Source: Malacoraja senta
Lineage: Eukaryota
Reading direction: 5' to 3'
NCBI GenBank assembly: GCA_038087875.1
Contig: CM075991.1
Location: forward strand, 10,604,001 to 10,668,000
DNA: 64,000 nt
The notes under the pieces are model-generated. The model worked only from the letters and a program-made list of their open reading frames with translations. It was not told the DNA's origin and searched no databases. A program made the translations under genes and the position numbers. This document shows positions 25,317-38,310 of the stretch, one piece after another (position 1 is the stretch's first letter; each line of letters starts with the position of its first letter).

Positions 25317-25650
25317 GTTTGCACGCTGACGAAGGAGGACAACCGGCAGATCGGCACCACGCCGGAGGACGAGCAGCTGCACGTGCTGCCGCTCTACAAG
25401 GTGTCGTCCACCGACGAGCACGGCAGCGAGCTCAACCAGAGCGAGAAGATCAAGGCCGGCGCCATCGAGGTGCTCACCGCCTTCCCCAGGGAGGTCCGCA
25501 TGCTGCCCGAGCCCGTCAAGTCCGCCCGCCAGAAGAAGCTGGAAGCAAAGAGGGCCGCAGAGAAGCAACGGAACCAGGCGAAGAAACTCCTGGCCGGCAA
25601 GCTAAAGCAGGAAGCGGAAAGCCTGAAGTGCGTCACTCCGCAGAACAAAG
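25317..25650 (+). CDS. TET3: TET3 penultimate coding exon ([10 protein letters not shown]...[13 protein letters not shown]...)
   Basis: ccgcag acceptor, aaag|gtagct donor; 334 nt with phase 1, matching the last exon. Confidence 0.92.
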
Positions 25651-25727
25651 GTAGCTGTTTATGTTATTGATATAGTTAGAAGCTCCAGCTGTAATATTAA
25701 AGACATTCTCGTAGGAAGGAGATGAGG

Positions 25728-26152
25728 TAAATGACGAGACACTACATTTAGAAAAAATAAGGCTTGTATTTATTCTCCAATTCTCCAAAACATGGTCTCC
25801 TTTCACCATATTTCTGCAACAATAGAATGGTCAAACACAAATTTAAAACCGATGCTTGGGATGGGTTAGCGGGGGGGAGGGGGGGTGGAGGGAAGGATAG
25901 TGGGGCATATCGCCTTTTTTTTCTTTTTTGTCTCTCACTTCTTCGGCAGTTCAGAGGTCTTTTCTTCTCTCTTTTTTGTATTTTGCTTCTTTCTCTTCAC
26001 TCTTTCCTGTTTACTTCCCCTCCCCCCCCCCCGATTCACTTATCAGTTTATAAAATGTTATCAATGAAGCCGTACGAAAATTGTATAATTGTTATGCCGA
26101 TTGCTTTATTCTTGTACAATTGCTTATAATAAAATAGACATTAAAAAAAAAA
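25728..26152 (+). mobile_element. L1-like 3' end with AATAAA and poly(A), flanked by an AGGAAGG(A/G)GATGAGG duplication
   Basis: LHLEKIR...TWSPF remnant similar to the 6924-7460 element; poly(A); direct repeats. Confidence 0.65.
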
Positions 26153-26609
26153 AGGAAGGGGATGAGGAGAAATCTCTTTAGTCAGAGGGTGGTGAATCTG
26201 TGGAATTCTCTGTCACAGAAGGCTGTGGAGGCCAGGTCAGTGAATATTTTTAAGGCAGAGATAGATAGATTCTTGATTAGTGCGGGAGTCAGGGGTTATG
26301 GGGAGAAGGCAGGAGAATGGGGTTAGGAGGGAGAGATGGATCAGGAATGATTGCATGGCGGAGTGGACCTAATGGGCCAATTCTGCTGCTATCACTTATC
26401 AATTAACTCAGCTGGACAGGCAGCATCTCTGGAGCAAAAGGATGGGTGACATTTCAGGTCGGGGAAACTCAGCGGGTCCTTCGCTCCATAGATGCTGCCG
26501 CACCCGCTGAGTTTCTCCGGCATTTTTTGTCAACCTTCGATTTTCCAGCATCGGCAGTTCCTTCTTGAACATTTCAGGTCGGGGGTACCCTAACTTCAGA
26601 AAATCATTC

Positions 26610-27137
26610 TTGCCTGGGTTTCAGCAACTAAGTTACAGAGAAAGGTTGAACAAGTTAGGTCTTTATTCTTTGGAGCGCAGAAGGTTAAGAGGGGACTTGA
26701 TAGAGGTCTTTAAAATTATGAGCGGGTTAGACAGAGTTGACGTGGATAAGCTTTTCCCATTGAGAGTAGGGAAGATTCAAACAAGGTGACATGACTTGAG
26801 AATTAAGGGACAGAAGTTTAGGGGGAACATTAGGGGGAACTTCTTTACTCAGAAAGTGGTAGCTGTGTGGAATGAGCTTCCAGTGGAAGTGGTGGAGGCA
26901 GGTTTGATGTTATCCTTTAAAAATAGATTGGATGGGTATATGGACGGGAAAGGAATGGAGGGTTATGGTCTGAGTGCAGGTAGATGGGACTAGGGGGAAG
27001 TATTTATTTAAAAAATAAAAATAAAAAAATAAAAATTAAAATTAAAAAAATGTTCGGCACGGACTTGAAGGGCCGAGATGGCCTGTTTCCGTGCTGTTAT
27101 GGTTATATGGTTATATATGGTTATATGGTTATATGGT
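26610..27137 (+). mobile_element. 5'-truncated copy of the same young CR1 family, with (TTATATGG)n tail
   Basis: Translation nearly identical to the C-terminus of ORF 12753..14177; same tail. Confidence 0.92.
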
Positions 27138-27159
27138 CTAACTTGTCCTGTTTCTGCAG

Positions 27160-28991
27160 ACGTGACGCTGGCAAGTGCGACCCCTCAACATCACCTCCCT
27201 CCCTCAATCAAAATCGAACCGCAGGATCACTACAACTCGTACAAACACAGCGGGAATTCTGTCGTGGAGAGCTACACGGTGCTTGGGAATTGTAGACCTT
27301 CCAACGCCTACAACCTGGGCGACGCCTATCCTTACCATTCCTACTATGCAAGGCCATCCCTGCCTTCCATCAACAACTACCACCCACGGTATTCCTTTTC
27401 CTACGGGTATTATGGCTACCCAAGCAACCAGCTCTTCCCCCCGTCATTCCTCAACTACGGCAACGGCGACGCCAGGCCGGCGAGTTTCTCAGGAAACAGT
27501 TTTGAGAAGAAACCCGACGTTCAGGAGCTGTGCGCCAACTTCAACCTCGCCCTCAGGAGTAACAGGATCGACTGCTCTGAGCAAGGCGCCGACATGACAC
27601 CAAAGCAGAGCCACCAGCCGATGTTTCCAGGGGGAGCCGGTTTGGTTTCTCCGGGTCTGCTGTCCGCACAGTCCCAGCAAGCGTGCCACCTCCCCGAGGA
27701 AGTCAAACGAGCGTCGCAAAACGCCAACAGCATCAACCGGTTCATCAAACAGGAGCCAGAAGACCCCATCCCCTACTCCCAGTCCTGTCACGTGGCCTCT
27801 AGGAACGTCCACCCAGTGAACAATACCTTTCCCGCTGTTCAAATGTCGCCCGGTCTCGGTCACCAAGGGAAGTCCTGGGACGTGTTCAAGCCAAATGGTA
27901 GTTTGATGTCAACTGGGACTTCTGGGCACGAGAAACCATGGGGCCTGTTCAATTCCACCGATAGCAACAAGTTAGACAACACGAACGTTCAAGAGAGATG
28001 GAACTCAATAACGTCCAACAGGAGCGCAAACGGGTGTCCTGTGTCCAACATACAGGAGAAGCCGTGGAATTTAAACACTGATAGCAGGGGCACGCCTCCG
28101 ATAAAGAGCATGAACCACCCGGGGACAATATGGGACTCATTCAAGTCAGGGGAAGCCCCATCCATGCCGTCTAATGTTAACCTGAAGGACAAACTATGGG
28201 AGCCGGTGAAAATACAGAACAACTTGTCAGTGATCTCGGGTTCCAGCCTGCAAGACAAGACGTGGGATTTGTACAAAAGGAACGGCTCCAAGTCTTCGAC
28301 GTCCAACATGAGCCAGCGGGAGAACGTGTGGAGTGAGAACGGCGCGGTGTTCCCGGACGGAACCATGGAGGGGAAACAGTGGGACCTTTACAAAGTCAAC
28401 GAGAGCAACCCCGTTTTGCACGGTTCGGGCATGCAGGAGCAGCTCTGGGACCCTTACGGCATGAACGAGAACATGGACGACTTGCCCCCCGAGAACGTCA
28501 AGGAGGAGGAAGAGGCGGTGTGGTCCGACAGCGAACACAACTTTCTGGACGGCAACATCGGAGGTGTTGCCGTGGCGCCGGCCCACGGCTCCATTTTGAT
28601 CGAGTGCGCCCGCAGGGAGCTTCACGCCACCACCCCGCTGAAGAAACCCAACCGCTCTCACCCCACGCGGATATCTCTCGTCTTCTACCAGCACAAGAAC
28701 TTGAACGAGCCAAGCCACGGCCTGGCACTGTGGGAGGCCAAGGTGAAAATCCTGGCGGAGAGGGCGAAGCAGAGGCAGGAGGAGGCGGCGAGGTTGGGCC
28801 TACCCCTGGTGAACTCCAAACTCCTGGGGAAAAAGCGCAAATGGGGCAGCACACTGACCACGGACATTGATCTCGGCAAGAAAGACTTTTTCCCCACACG
28901 TCAGGCTTTGACCATTACCACAAACACTGTTATCACTGTGTCTTCATACGCCTATACCCAGGTAACAGGGCCCTACAACCGCTGGATTTGA
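27160..28991 (+). CDS. TET3: TET3 last coding exon: low-complexity insert, C-terminal DSBH strands ([19 protein letters not shown]), KKRK basic motif, ending VTGPYNRWI*
   Basis: ctgcag acceptor ending at 27159, in frame with ORF 27078..28991; catalytic His and Arg motifs; TGA at 28989-28991. Confidence 0.96.
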
Positions 28992-31900
28992 GACTCGGAC
29001 AACTTTTGCGGCCATCTTACCTCACTACGGCAGCTCTTTCTGTTGCTGGACGGTGCTTTCCTCTGTTAAATATATTGTCGAGGGAGAATTCCACTCAAGT
29101 GTAAATCATCTCGAAAGCTGCACTCTGAGCAAAGAATTTAATTACAGTTGAAATTTTTTTTTTCCTGGTTTTAGTAATCTAATTTATATATCTACATGTT
29201 TTTGAACTTATAGTGGCCCATCGTTACTTGAAGGGTAAGAGAAAACTTTCTATGTCAAACTAGAAGAATAGTATTTATTGTACACCTTTTGTTGTATTTG
29301 TTGTTCAGAAAAAAAAATCATTTGTTAGAGAAGCAGCTAATTCTTCAGGGGCCAAGTTAATTCTGACGGATACCAACATCTCAGCCTGTTGAATTCCATG
29401 TATAGGATGTCATCTAAAAGAAATCTAAAAAAGGTAAAGAAACTGGTGCTTTTTAAACAAAAAAGTTTACAGCAAAGTTCATTTTTAGTCACGACAGTTA
29501 AAATCAACCACACAATTCTGAGCCTGGTGATTTCAATTTGTAAAACCATTACCGCTGGCCTGTCTGTTGGTGCTTAAAACCTTATTCGCCTGACGTTTCC
29601 GGTCGAAATGTCAAGCACATGCACTTAAATGTAAAAAAAAAAAAAATCCCATTGTGCCGTTTAGAGGTAGATTATAATGGCAATCAACAACTTGGTGCTG
29701 CTCCAACTCCTTGCCTTCCTCTTCCCATCTCATTGGAAAGGAAAAAAAAAAAAGAAATTCGCAGTGTGTGTCTGCTGTAATCTTTTGACCAGCTTAACTT
29801 GATAGAAGCTGAAGGGTGTTTCATGATCTAATCATCCTCTCCTGTTCCACGAAGCGTTTTTGATGAACGTTTACAGTGGAACCCCCTGTGAGGGCAGTTT
29901 TTCTTTTCTGGGATATCGTACGGGTTAATTTTCCGGACTGCTTTCGGCACTCTTATTAAAGTAAGAAAAACGATTTTTTGCAATTTTATACCGAGCTACA
30001 CTGTCGGGTGCATTTTTCTTCTGTTGAATGTCGTGCAATCTGATATTTCGTGAGGTTCAGGTGTTTCTGAGTTAAGAACTGAACATGGGTTTTACAGTAA
30101 TGTATCTGCAGTCTAGGAATTAGGCCTGTAATTACTATTGTCATTGGAACCGCTCTCCGATACCCCCTTCAGAGTGCTGGCATCCAATTGACGGTTTTGA
30201 CTTAAAAAAAAATTTTTTTTGTTCTATTCTTCATTTTTACACATTAGTACGGGAAGAACAGCAGGCGGTGTATTTTTTCCCTGCATTCTATATCCAATTT
30301 TAAACTGTAAATATATGAAAAGAAGACATTTTAAAGCACTTTCACCTTGATTTTAAAATGACAACTTGAAGTAGGTTATTTAACAGATAATTATTGGGAG
30401 AACTACTGTAAATAGCTGCAGAATTTTTAGCAACAATCTTTCTCAAAGTTCCAGCATCATGTTCTTTAACCTCCCCCCCCCCCCCCCTCAATCATGTTTA
30501 GAGAATATTTATAAATAATAAATCTGTTAATGTAGGATTCTAATCATGTACTTACACTGATAAAGCCCCAGAATAACGACAATTACTTTTGAGAATCATT
30601 ACAATATTTGTTTTTGATCAGACACCAAACGTTAACTAGCCTTTGGCTTGAAATTATTTTGCCACATTGGTGCATTCAGAGTTTTATATCTGCAGAAATC
30701 AGCATTACGATCCAGACTTAAAATTGATCACAGCTAGATGTTTCCCCCAGTCCCACGTTTTAAAATGCATGTTTTGTTTAATCTTCTGAGTTTCTGACAT
30801 GGAGTATTGAATTACTTGCATGAAAATTGATTGGTTTTTTTTGTACGAAAGCGTTCAAAATTTTGACCAAATTTCCTCCCACTGAGCTCAATTGCGGTGT
30901 TGAGGAAGTCACTGGAATGGTTTAAAAATGGCATTCTACATTTTTGTTTCATACTAACGGCAGTAAACCCACGCATCTGGTGCAATGTTTCACCGACAAT
31001 AGTTAGAACCTTAAAAAAAAGAAATTGGTCAATGCAACTTTCATTTTGAAAAACATTAACAATAAACTGATTTGGAAGAAAAGATAATGGGCAAAGACAT
31101 ATATAGGTGGTTGATGGGTCGGCATAGACTCAGTGGGCCGAAGGGCCTGTTTCTGTGCTGTATCTCTCGATATGTTATGTCCTCTGAGCTCCTGGAAAGG
31201 AATTGTAAATATTCTAATTTTGGTTGGTCTTAGTCTAATGAATTCACGTGCCTTTATTGAGTATTTTACATCCAAAGCAAATCAATAAAATCACTAAAAC
31301 TTGAGTTTTACCATCTTCCCCAGAATAAAGCTGACATTGTAGGTAAAAGACCGATTGGCGATGTCCTTTGGACCTTCTGTTCCCCAATCTGACAATCTGA
31401 ACATGCATTTACAGAAGAAACAGACACCTCACAGTTTCTACTTCATTTAAGAAACCAGTTAAAGCTACGTTACAGTGTAGTCATAGATGCCATTATTAAG
31501 CTAGAGGAAAACTACCTCAGATCTCAACTTTATTCAAGAATTGAGTATGTTTTCTTACGAGGTTGCAGCCCCACTGTATTTTACTCCTGAATGCGTAAAT
31601 CATTGGAAGATTCCGTCAGAATTTACAATATCATGAAGAGAGTTTCAAAATGTTTTCAGGTAATAACAGTGATACAAGATCAATTAGAGTCATGCACTCA
31701 TAATACAGGGCATTAAAAGATCACAGCTTCAGCTCCAGGAGGTGAAACACTCATTTAATGTTAGCTGCTGATCCCATCACCAAAATATCAGCCTTTTTTA
31801 TTTCAGCTGCACACACACAACGCACATTGTCTATATTTCATTTAACTATGTGACTTGGATGTGGAGTGTTTAGGCAGAGCAGAATTTATTTATTTATCTG

Positions 31901-34900
31901 ACTAACCACCCTCCAGGCACAACTTTGTCTTGCATGTAAAAGGCACCTCTCCTACATAGTGTGTTTGTTTCACGACCTAGACAGGAAATTTCAATCAGCA
32001 GCTAAAGTTCAAACACGTTATCCTTGGATTGAAAGTCCCAAGATTGATTGTCATTGAATACACAATTCATTATATTAGTTTTGACATACATTTTAGGAAA
32101 GGCTGCCGTGGTAGGTGAAATGGTGCACTCAAAGGGTTAACTGAATTTACGCTGTGCAACTTTGCAGCACTATTTTAATATTAAGACGGATTCTTCCCTT
32201 CATCCCTAACACAGACTCAGGCAGATCCATAAACGATAATGTTTACCAGCTTACATTTTCCTTGTTACTCAACTTACTGCAAACTTACGGCTTACTCGAG
32301 CAGCAGGCAATTTTAATTCCTGGAAATAAAACTCAGGAATTGTTTCTGTACATGCAAACAACACTAAAGGGTGCTAGAATAAATTACTAAATGTGAACTA
32401 CCAGCAATTTGTATTCACTGAAATAGCCTGACATAACTTGAAGTAGATGCAGGGTAGCTTTTATCACTGGTTCATAACTTGCCTTGGCTGCAGAGTACCA
32501 CATTGTTCCTTGTAGTTGCTGGTTACATTTAGAGCAGTAGAGTGTTTCCAAATCTCAACTTGTCTTTTCCAACTCCAAACCAACTTGTCTTTGACAGATT
32601 CCCCCAGTCTAAATATAAATGCCACTGATTCAAGTTCTATGCAATTACAACGTCAGTTTTTGCACGAGTCCAGCCAAAACTGAGGGCTACTCATTAAAAT
32701 CCAGTGTGCTGAGAAAGTTAGAACATAATGAGGGAAAAAAAACTCTATTTTCCATCAGTGAATGGCATTGATACTAAAACCATCAAAGTAGATACTAAAA
32801 ACACAAACTGCTTGTCAGTGATAAACCGCTTGTCAAAATGGCATTGTGCAGTTTTGAGAATCTTAAAATATATACCAAATTGTATAAACACAGAACCAAA
32901 CTAACCAAGGTTAAATATCCTACATAATCAATAATGTCGTTTTTTTTAAATGCTTCAAAAAATCTTGTGCATCTTTACAGCATCCACACATTGTAATGTG
33001 GTGGCAAATACGATATCATGTTCTTTTTCCTCTCCAAAGGATAAGATATAATTTCACAGTTATACTTTCTCAAGGAAAGTTTAGGCCACCTCTCTAAACC
33101 CCTACTTTATTGAAGAGCAAAAATTACAAAAATAATTTGGATCCATATTTATAATTGGTCAAAATATTGGGTAAAGGGATTCCAAAATGTTACAGATTTG
33201 CAAATTTGTGCAAGCCAACTTTTGACGGTGGTAGATAGCTGGTGTCAGTGTTGAAAATTCACCAGCTTCTCATTGATCAGATGGTGTGGCACTAACATTG
33301 GTACTCGTTGAATGACGTACCTCCACCAAGTCTGGAGACACCTTGAATAGGCAACCCAAGAGAGCTTGTTGCATTCAGACACACAGCAAGCACAAAACCT
33401 GATGCAGTGTTCTGCTGAGAGGGGGCTTCAATATTCTCCAATATGGCGCAGTTGCCATATTGCCAATAAAATTGGGTTCGGAAGTGGGCATATTTTCTTT
33501 TCAATATCGCAGCATCATTTCTCAGTGAAAAGAAGAATAAATCTCTGTGACGCTTACATTACACTGTCCCTTAGATAACTAAACTACACCGTCTGGGTTT
33601 AGTTTCCTAGCAAGTTTTATTGCACACCTTTTGTCGAGGTATCTATGGAGTGTATGTAAACCCGCCCGTGTGGACACTGAGAGTGCACACAGTTTACATA
33701 CATACATACAACTTAAATATTAACATTTAGTTGATCCTTGCGGTTTCTTGCCTTCAAATGTGACAGCTAAGGGGGAAGTATTTTAACTATATGTCTTTTG
33801 GTGCAACCTTCTATGGTTACTTGAGTCAAGGCAGCTCAAATTCACAGGACCCTTCTGGTTTCTTCAATTAACAAAACATGTCAGCTTTTGTTACCCATTT
33901 TGCAACAACATGCTGGCAATTCATGTGCTTAAATTGTTGCCATAAATTTATGCTTAATCCTTGTGGCTTTATTTTGTATATCAGTATTTGTAAATATGAA
34001 GTATGTTTTAAACTTCTTCCAAATTGCTTTTATATTTTCTTTTGTTTTTATTTGAGGTGCTATTTGAATTTGTCCAGTCAGGTGATCCTGCCCCCTTTTT
34101 TTAATAAATGCTTGTTTTGGTTGTACAGAAATTTGGATTCTGTTTGGTGACTTCCGTGTCCAAAAATCCAGGATGTCTGTGTTTTTTACCCCCCCACTCC
34201 TGATATTCCTTTAGAAAACTGTAGCATTAGGGCAATCTTGTAATACAACGCAAATAAGCATGGCTTTCATAAAATCCAAACTTCAGGAGAGAATTTTAAA
34301 ATACCTACGCTATAGGCATGGTTTCTTCATTTTGATAACTAAATGTTATAACTCGTTTTTGGCAAGATCGATTTCCTTCAAAAGGACAAAGATCGTGGGC
34401 ATATACGTGTACACCTTTTGATAGGTAGATAGATTCAGAAAATGTAGAATATTAACTCTGTGGTATTCCCATGGAAACTAAATCTTAAAATTCACGGGTA
34501 AAAGATTCCAACAACACTGCATAGGACCCACTCCAACATTCGACCAGAGCATTTACAATAGACACTATTAGAGCATGTTTTGTGCTTGGGATATCAAATG
34601 GGTGGTTGAGCGAGGGGTGGGATGCCATCTTGTTTTGGAGGCTTTTCCCCTTCCCATCGTTATATGAGATAATACAGAGGCGTCCATTTTGGAAGGGGAG
34701 AAACGTGGTCCCAATGCCACACTTGAGAGACAGCTGCATTCATTGCAGTCCAAGAATCCCCAAGTGAAAATTAATATTGCGACATCTGGATTTCCAATGA
34801 ACCTATCAAGAATAGCAACGTGTTCTGAGAGGGCAATATTCAATACCATAAGAGAATGTTTTATGGTGTTTGAATCCATTGGGGTTGGGCCAAGCGGTGG

Positions 34901-37900
34901 TTGAATGACACTGTTGAGCCAGAAAGAGTTGAACATGGATGAGATCACCTGCATGCACAGGGCGTAACCAGTGTGCGTTTTCTAAGCATTTAAAGTAACT
35001 TCAGGTAGAGTGAAACATGCTCCTTAGGCCTGTGAGACTCCAAGAACTTTCTGAACACATTTTAACCACATGCTGGGATTTGTGGTGTAGGACAACTGAT
35101 TCTGGGCAAGCTTTCACAAAATCACCTTCACCACTCACCTCTTACGGGCGTTGCTGCCTTATAGTGCCGGGGACCCGGGTTCAATCCTGACTACGTGTGC
35201 TTGTCCGTACGGAGTTTATACATTCTCCCTGTGACCACGGGGGTTTTCTCCAGGTGCTCCAGTTTCCTCCCACACTCCAAAGACATACAGGTTTGTTGGT
35301 TACTTGGCTTGGTATAATAGTCCCTAGCCTGTGTAGGATAGTGTTAGTGTGCAGGGATCGCTGTTCGGCATGGACTCGTGGGTCAAAGGGCCTGTTTCCG
35401 CGCTGTATCTCTAAACTAAACTAAGACTAAACTAAACTCACTTCTGCCTCCATTGTAACTTCCTGCAGAAGAGTCAAACACTCCTTGTTTCGCTAATGTT
35501 GTAACACAAACAACATTCGCTTTTGAACACATTTGTTTTGGCTTCTTGCTCTTCCTTGGCTGTTTTTGGAGTGGCCCACAAGGCAATTATCCTTCCTTAG
35601 AATGCTGTCTTTATCATCGTGAAGAAAGCATGCTAGCTCACAAGGTGCACATAATGGACGAGGCATACATCCTCTCTCTCTCTCTCTCGCTCGCTCAATG
35701 AAAATATGATGTTACTACAAGGAGCTGGTGTATATAATTGCTTTTATTGGTAGGGGTATGTGGGGGATTATAGCAAGTTCCCCATGGCTTGCTAGTAGTC
35801 AAAGACTGCTACTGATTATTGTGGCATCAACAATCAGTGAACATGTTTCCAGCAATTCTGTTGTACACAAAGCTATATAACTGTTGGATGAATATTGCAA
35901 GGATGACTGCAGTGGAAAACTGCTTTGTACACTTTGTATATTAATGTAAATAGAAAATTACTCTTTTTTTCCTTTTTAGTGATTGGGCTTATATATCTTT
36001 TATAACTTATATGTCTACCGGCAAGGTAGAAAAAAAATGTGATCAATAATCTGTAATAATTGTTTTCAATAATGGATGGTTAACAGCAATTGGTAAGGGA
36101 TTTCACATTCCATTTGTTAAAAATTCAGTACTAAAATATAGCTAAACTAAACATTAATGTAATATGTTATAAAAATGAATATGAAATTGTTTATGTAAAC
36201 ACAATATTTGCCCAAAATGCCCATTTTAGTTCAATTTGCAGGTTTCGAAGAGGTCTTCCATTTGTTACTTTTGAAAGACATATTAGAATCAAAATTCAAA
36301 TGTCTGTGAAATACATTTAGGTATTTCTTAAGCAAAATGAGACATTAAAAATTGTGAATTGGGAAACATGGTTCCCAATCAACTCTGTGTTGGCTGAAAC
36401 TGGTGAGAGATACAACTGCAGACATTCAAACTGTGCATTGAGTACAAACTGGGGAATAAATTGCTGTCGAGAACAATGGTATCTGGCCATTGAGCCTCGA
36501 GTGAATCTGCACCAGAGTCCACAAACTTACTTTATTGAGTTTTGTTCCCTGTTTACCAACGTTCACTTTAGGTTCCCCTGAGCTCGTTGGCTTCAGATCT
36601 CATCACAGTTTTGGTGCTATAGTTCTTACAACTAAAAAGTCTGCATTTTATTCTCATTTTTTGTTTCTGCAGCCAATATGCATTTTGTTCCTGATCTTGC
36701 CCAGTCAGCGTTAAATCTTCTGTCCATGATCGCTATGTTGGCGGCAAGTAAAAGTATAATTTCACACAGAGAGGCAAAATTATCTTCAGCCAGTGTTTGG
36801 TGAAGGGGCGATGGGGAAAAATCACCACTGCCTGGCTGACTTCTCATTGTAAGTGCCCCAATTCACGAGGAACGATAAAAAATAATTTTAATTGATGGAC
36901 TGGAACTTGTAATTATTTTACAATATAACTAAAATTATTCTGACAAAACAAAAACGAAGGATTTGGAATTAAGCCTGAACTTGAGTTTGATTCACACGAA
37001 TTAATAGTCTTCTCAGCAAAATTTCCCAAGTCCAACTTAAGTGAAGCATTTCAATAGATTACCCTTGCAACCCAAATCTCTGTTATATATACCTCGCCTT
37101 GGTTCCTACCTAAGTTTCACGATGCTGATTTGATTTATTGATCCATCCCTATTAAGTGAAGACAACGCTCTAAAAAAAAAAGACCCCAAGTTGTTCATGT
37201 TGAGTTTACCTGCAGTTAGCTGTACATAATAAAAACTCCAACTGCTGCAGTTTTGCTTTATCTAACAACCACTGGCTGTAAATCTCGCAAGATCTAAATG
37301 AAATCACTTTGATGTGCTTCGATTTAAAATGTACATTTAAAAGGTGCAAACACATTTGATTTTAATTAAAATATTTGTTTTTAATTTGGTTTTGTGTTTT
37401 AAAAAAAAAATCATAATGCCATTCCGTTCCAAACTAATTTAAACAGCAGGCCTAAGAAACACAGAGTATAGTGTGGCCTAATTTAATTTTCTTTCCATTC
37501 TGACATCAGGGATACTTTTAACAGCGATGAAACCATCTCTGCTTATTTTAACATCCATCTTTCAGGGATTCTACTTTCTTAGTTTAGTTCTATCCATGTT
37601 GTAAATGTGACAACTAAAATTGTTTGGTTGCTTTAGTTTACACACACAAAACAAAACGGGATAAAACTTTGTAAATTAAGTCGAAGCTGTAGTGGATAAT
37701 GTTCTAAAAGCCTATTGTCTTTTTATTTTTTTTTTCTAATGTATTTAAGAAATTTGGAGGTGAGAAAAGATGTTTCATGAAAGAATAAAACGATATAGGA
37801 AAATATTGTTCCAATTTGTCTCGTGTTCATTTGACTGTAAAAAAAACCCAATTGTTATACATACTATGTAACAAGTTCCTCGGGCGCAAGAGGCTAACTT

Positions 37901-38310
37901 GTAACCCATACTTGAAACTATTTTCTTTGTTAAAAATTCATCGATGTCCGCAACTTGACATAAAGTTTGCAGCTTGATGGATAAAAAGTAGCATAAAAAT
38001 CTGGATGGAATAGGATCATTGTGTACTTTACCACAGATATTATTAGTACAGTAAATATTTTGCTTAAAGTTTTATTTTGAGTTGATTTATTTTTTAAATT
38101 TTCTTTTATTTTATTTCAATGGTCTTATTCAACAGTCCATAATTGTATCATTAGGCACTGATTAACAGAGACCAGGATTAATTTTTGATTTAATTGCATT
38201 GTATTGTACACAGAGAGGTTGTTTGCAAGAACTTCCTTGTAAATGTATTCTTCCTGATCATTTTGAAATATTGTGGGTGTTTTAATAAATTTTATATTTA
38301 TTTTTTGCAC
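28992..38310 (+). other. TET3: Putative long TET3 3'UTR (about 9.3 kb) with candidate poly(A) signals at 34103 and 38284
   Basis: AT-rich, transposon-poor stretch with many miRNA seed matches and TGTA elements; AATAAA followed by U/GU-rich sequence; the end position is inferred. Confidence 0.6.
35148..35438 (+). mobile_element. V-SINE inside the putative TET3 3'UTR; further copies at 9508-9635, 16295-16515, 38553-38826, 47645-47900(-), 49985-50412, 60770-61040
   Basis: Same SINE consensus. Confidence 0.8.

Noticed and set aside
27078..27159. N-terminal part of the 637-aa ORF ([13 protein letters not shown]...)
   Set aside because: It is the CR1 tail and intron read in frame; the real exon starts after the AG ending at 27159
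28227..28899. Antisense and alternate-frame ORFs over the TET3 last exon (also 25236-25654)
   Set aside because: Expected shadows of GC-rich coding sequence
34485..34954. Overlapping ORFs in the TET3 3'UTR as a hidden gene or pseudogene
   Set aside because: No recognisable domain or splice structure; lengths are compatible with chance
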